From positions 128,001 through 192,000 of the forward strand of contig CAVPSB010000034.1 of assembly GCA_963708025.1 (NCBI GenBank): DNA of 64,000 nucleotides, in the 5' to 3' direction. Shown here one piece after another: positions 62,417 to 64,000 of this stretch (its first letter is position 1; every line of letters starts with the position of its first letter). The stretch is from an uncultured Candidatus Rokubacteria bacterium. Its GTDB lineage: Bacteria > Methylomirabilota > Methylomirabilia > Rokubacteriales > DASRDR01. The notes under the pieces were generated by a model, which saw only the letters and a list, made by a program, of their open reading frames with translations, searched no databases and was not told the origin of the DNA. Position numbers and translations under genes: made by a program.

Positions 62417-63680
62417 ATGTCCACCGATCGCTTCGGCAACCCGCTCGCGCCCGGGCTCCCGTACGCCCGCGGCACCATCGTCCGGTCCACCGACGACGAC
62501 CTCCGCAAGCTCCGTCACGCATGGAGCCTGATCGAGGCGCGCATCCGGAAGGACGGCCCGGAGGCGATCTTCAACCTGACCGGGCTGGAGCGGCGCCTCC
62601 AGGTCGAGCCGAGCGACCTCCCGTTTCTCGACGACGAGCTGGCCCCGGCGCTCTTCGGCGAGCGCCTCACGGCGCTGGCGCTCGAGCACCTCGGGGGCAC
62701 GCCGGACCGCCACGACGTCATGGTGTTCAACCGGACCACGGCCGCCACGCTGGCCACCCACCTGACGCTCGTCCAGCCGGGGGACACGGTCATCGGGGTC
62801 TCGGCGGGCTACAGCCATCCCACCGTCGTCCGCGCCGCCGCCCAGGCCGGCGCCCGCTTTGTCGACACGGTGGGTCTCGACGCCTTCGCGGCCGCGCTCG
62901 AGCGGGCCGACCGGGTCACGCTGGTCGTGCTCACCCGGCTCGCCGTGACCTACGAGGCGCTGTCGGCCGCGGATCTCGCCGGGGTCGTGGCGCTCGCCCG
63001 CGCGCGCGGCGCGCGGATCTACGCCGACGACGCCGGCGGTGCCCGGGTCGGGCCGGCCGCGCTGGACCAGCCCCGCATGCTGGAGCTGGGGGTGGACGTG
63101 GGCGCCACCGGCCTCGACAAGTACGGCACCGTGGGCCCGCGCCTCGGCCTTCTCGGCGGGGAGCGCGGGCTGGTGGCCGCGATCCGGGCGCGGGCCTTCG
63201 AGCTGGGGCTCGAGGCCCGGCCCATGCTCTACCCGGCGGTCCTGCGCTCGCTCGAGCAGTACGCGCCGGCGCGGGTCCGGCAGCTCGTGGCCTGCACGAA
63301 GGAGGTGGCCGCGGCCCTGCGGGAGGTCGTCGGCGGCCGGCTCCACGAGACGCCGGTGACGGCCCAGCTCCGGGGCGAGGACATCCTCGACATCGCCCGC
63401 GAGCGCGCGGGAGGCGTGACGTCGGCCCCTCGTCCCGATCGAGGCGACGGCGGCGCTCGCGATGCTCCTGCTCCGGGACCACGGGGTCCTGACGGTTCAC
63501 TTCGCCGGGATGCCGCCCGGCACCTCGGCCCTGCTCGTCAAGTTCGTGCCGCCGGAGACCCTGCGCCGCCTCGGCGGCGCCCCCGTCTTCGCCCGGGCCG
63601 TGGACGACTCGCTCGACCGGCTCGCCGGGCTGGTCGGGTCGGCGGATGCGGTGCGCACCCTCCTGTTCGGCCCTTCCTAG
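62417..63680 (+). CDS. SelA-like PLP-dependent enzyme (MJ0158-like), frameshift at ~63425
   Basis: VFNRTTAA, SHPTV, DDAGGAR, GVDVGATGLDKY..GPRLGLLGG. Confidence 0.75.
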
Positions 63681-63770
63681 CGTCGGCTTCCGGCCCTTCT
63701 CCCATCCGGGATCCCCCGTACGAGCCTCCCCCGAAAAAGGGGGTTCCAGGGATTCCCTCTCCGGTGTAAC

Positions 63771-64000
63771 ATGCCGTCCCAGTCTCACAGGTCGGGGGAG
63801 GGGGCGTCATGGTCCCGGAGCATCCCGGCCGCAGTCCGCGCACCACCTGGTCGCATCGCCTGGCTCGCCGCTCCGTCGCGCTCGACGGTCCTCGTCGCCG
63901 TCGCGCTGCTGGGGACCGGCCTGGCCTGGGCGGGTCGCCTCCACCCCGACGTCGCGGCGCAGCTCGCCGTGCTCCCGGCCGGCGGCCGCATCGCCGTCAT
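63771..64000 (+). CDS. 5' end of a secreted protein (truncated by window end)
   Basis: Open frame ..VLVAVALLGTGLAWA-GRLHPDVAAQLAVLPAGGRIAV: signal peptide followed by a subtilase-prodomain-like start. Start codon uncertain (63771, or 63809 with an indel). Confidence 0.45.
   Translation, partial: MPSQSHRSGEGASWSRSIPAAVRAPPGRIAWLAAPSRSTVLVAVALLGTGLAWAGRLHPDVAAQLAVLPAGGRIAV

Noticed and set aside
62417-63680. Calling this gene selA
   Set aside because: It lacks canonical SelA motifs and there is no selB/selC/selD in the window.

Overview
Very GC-rich bacterial chromosome segment with about 57 protein-coding genes. I found no rRNA, tRNA, CRISPR array or transposase. Gene content and style suggest an uncultured soil lineage such as Rokubacteria/Methylomirabilota; this is inference only. 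About a dozen otherwise intact genes carry small frameshifts, most likely long-read assembly errors. The most striking feature is an Rrf2-[Fe-S] regulator / coxB / coxA operon at 1-2420. Its A-family heme-copper oxidase keeps all six His ligands, the HPEVY Tyr and the D-channel. However, the three K-channel residues are replaced by hydrophobic ones, and the Mg/Mn-site ligands are lost in both subunits. Other notable items: an unannotated AhpD-like selenoprotein (CEY-UGA plus a SECIS-like hairpin, 32142-32951); a probable halohydrin dehalogenase; a stand-alone membrane protein with two PmoC/AmoC-like Cu motifs; a DUF5674 two-domain cassette; an NAD-linked formate dehydrogenase divergent from an MJ0158/SelA-like PLP enzyme; a sigma54/NtrC-controlled glnK-amtB; and several families of intergenic palindromic repeats.
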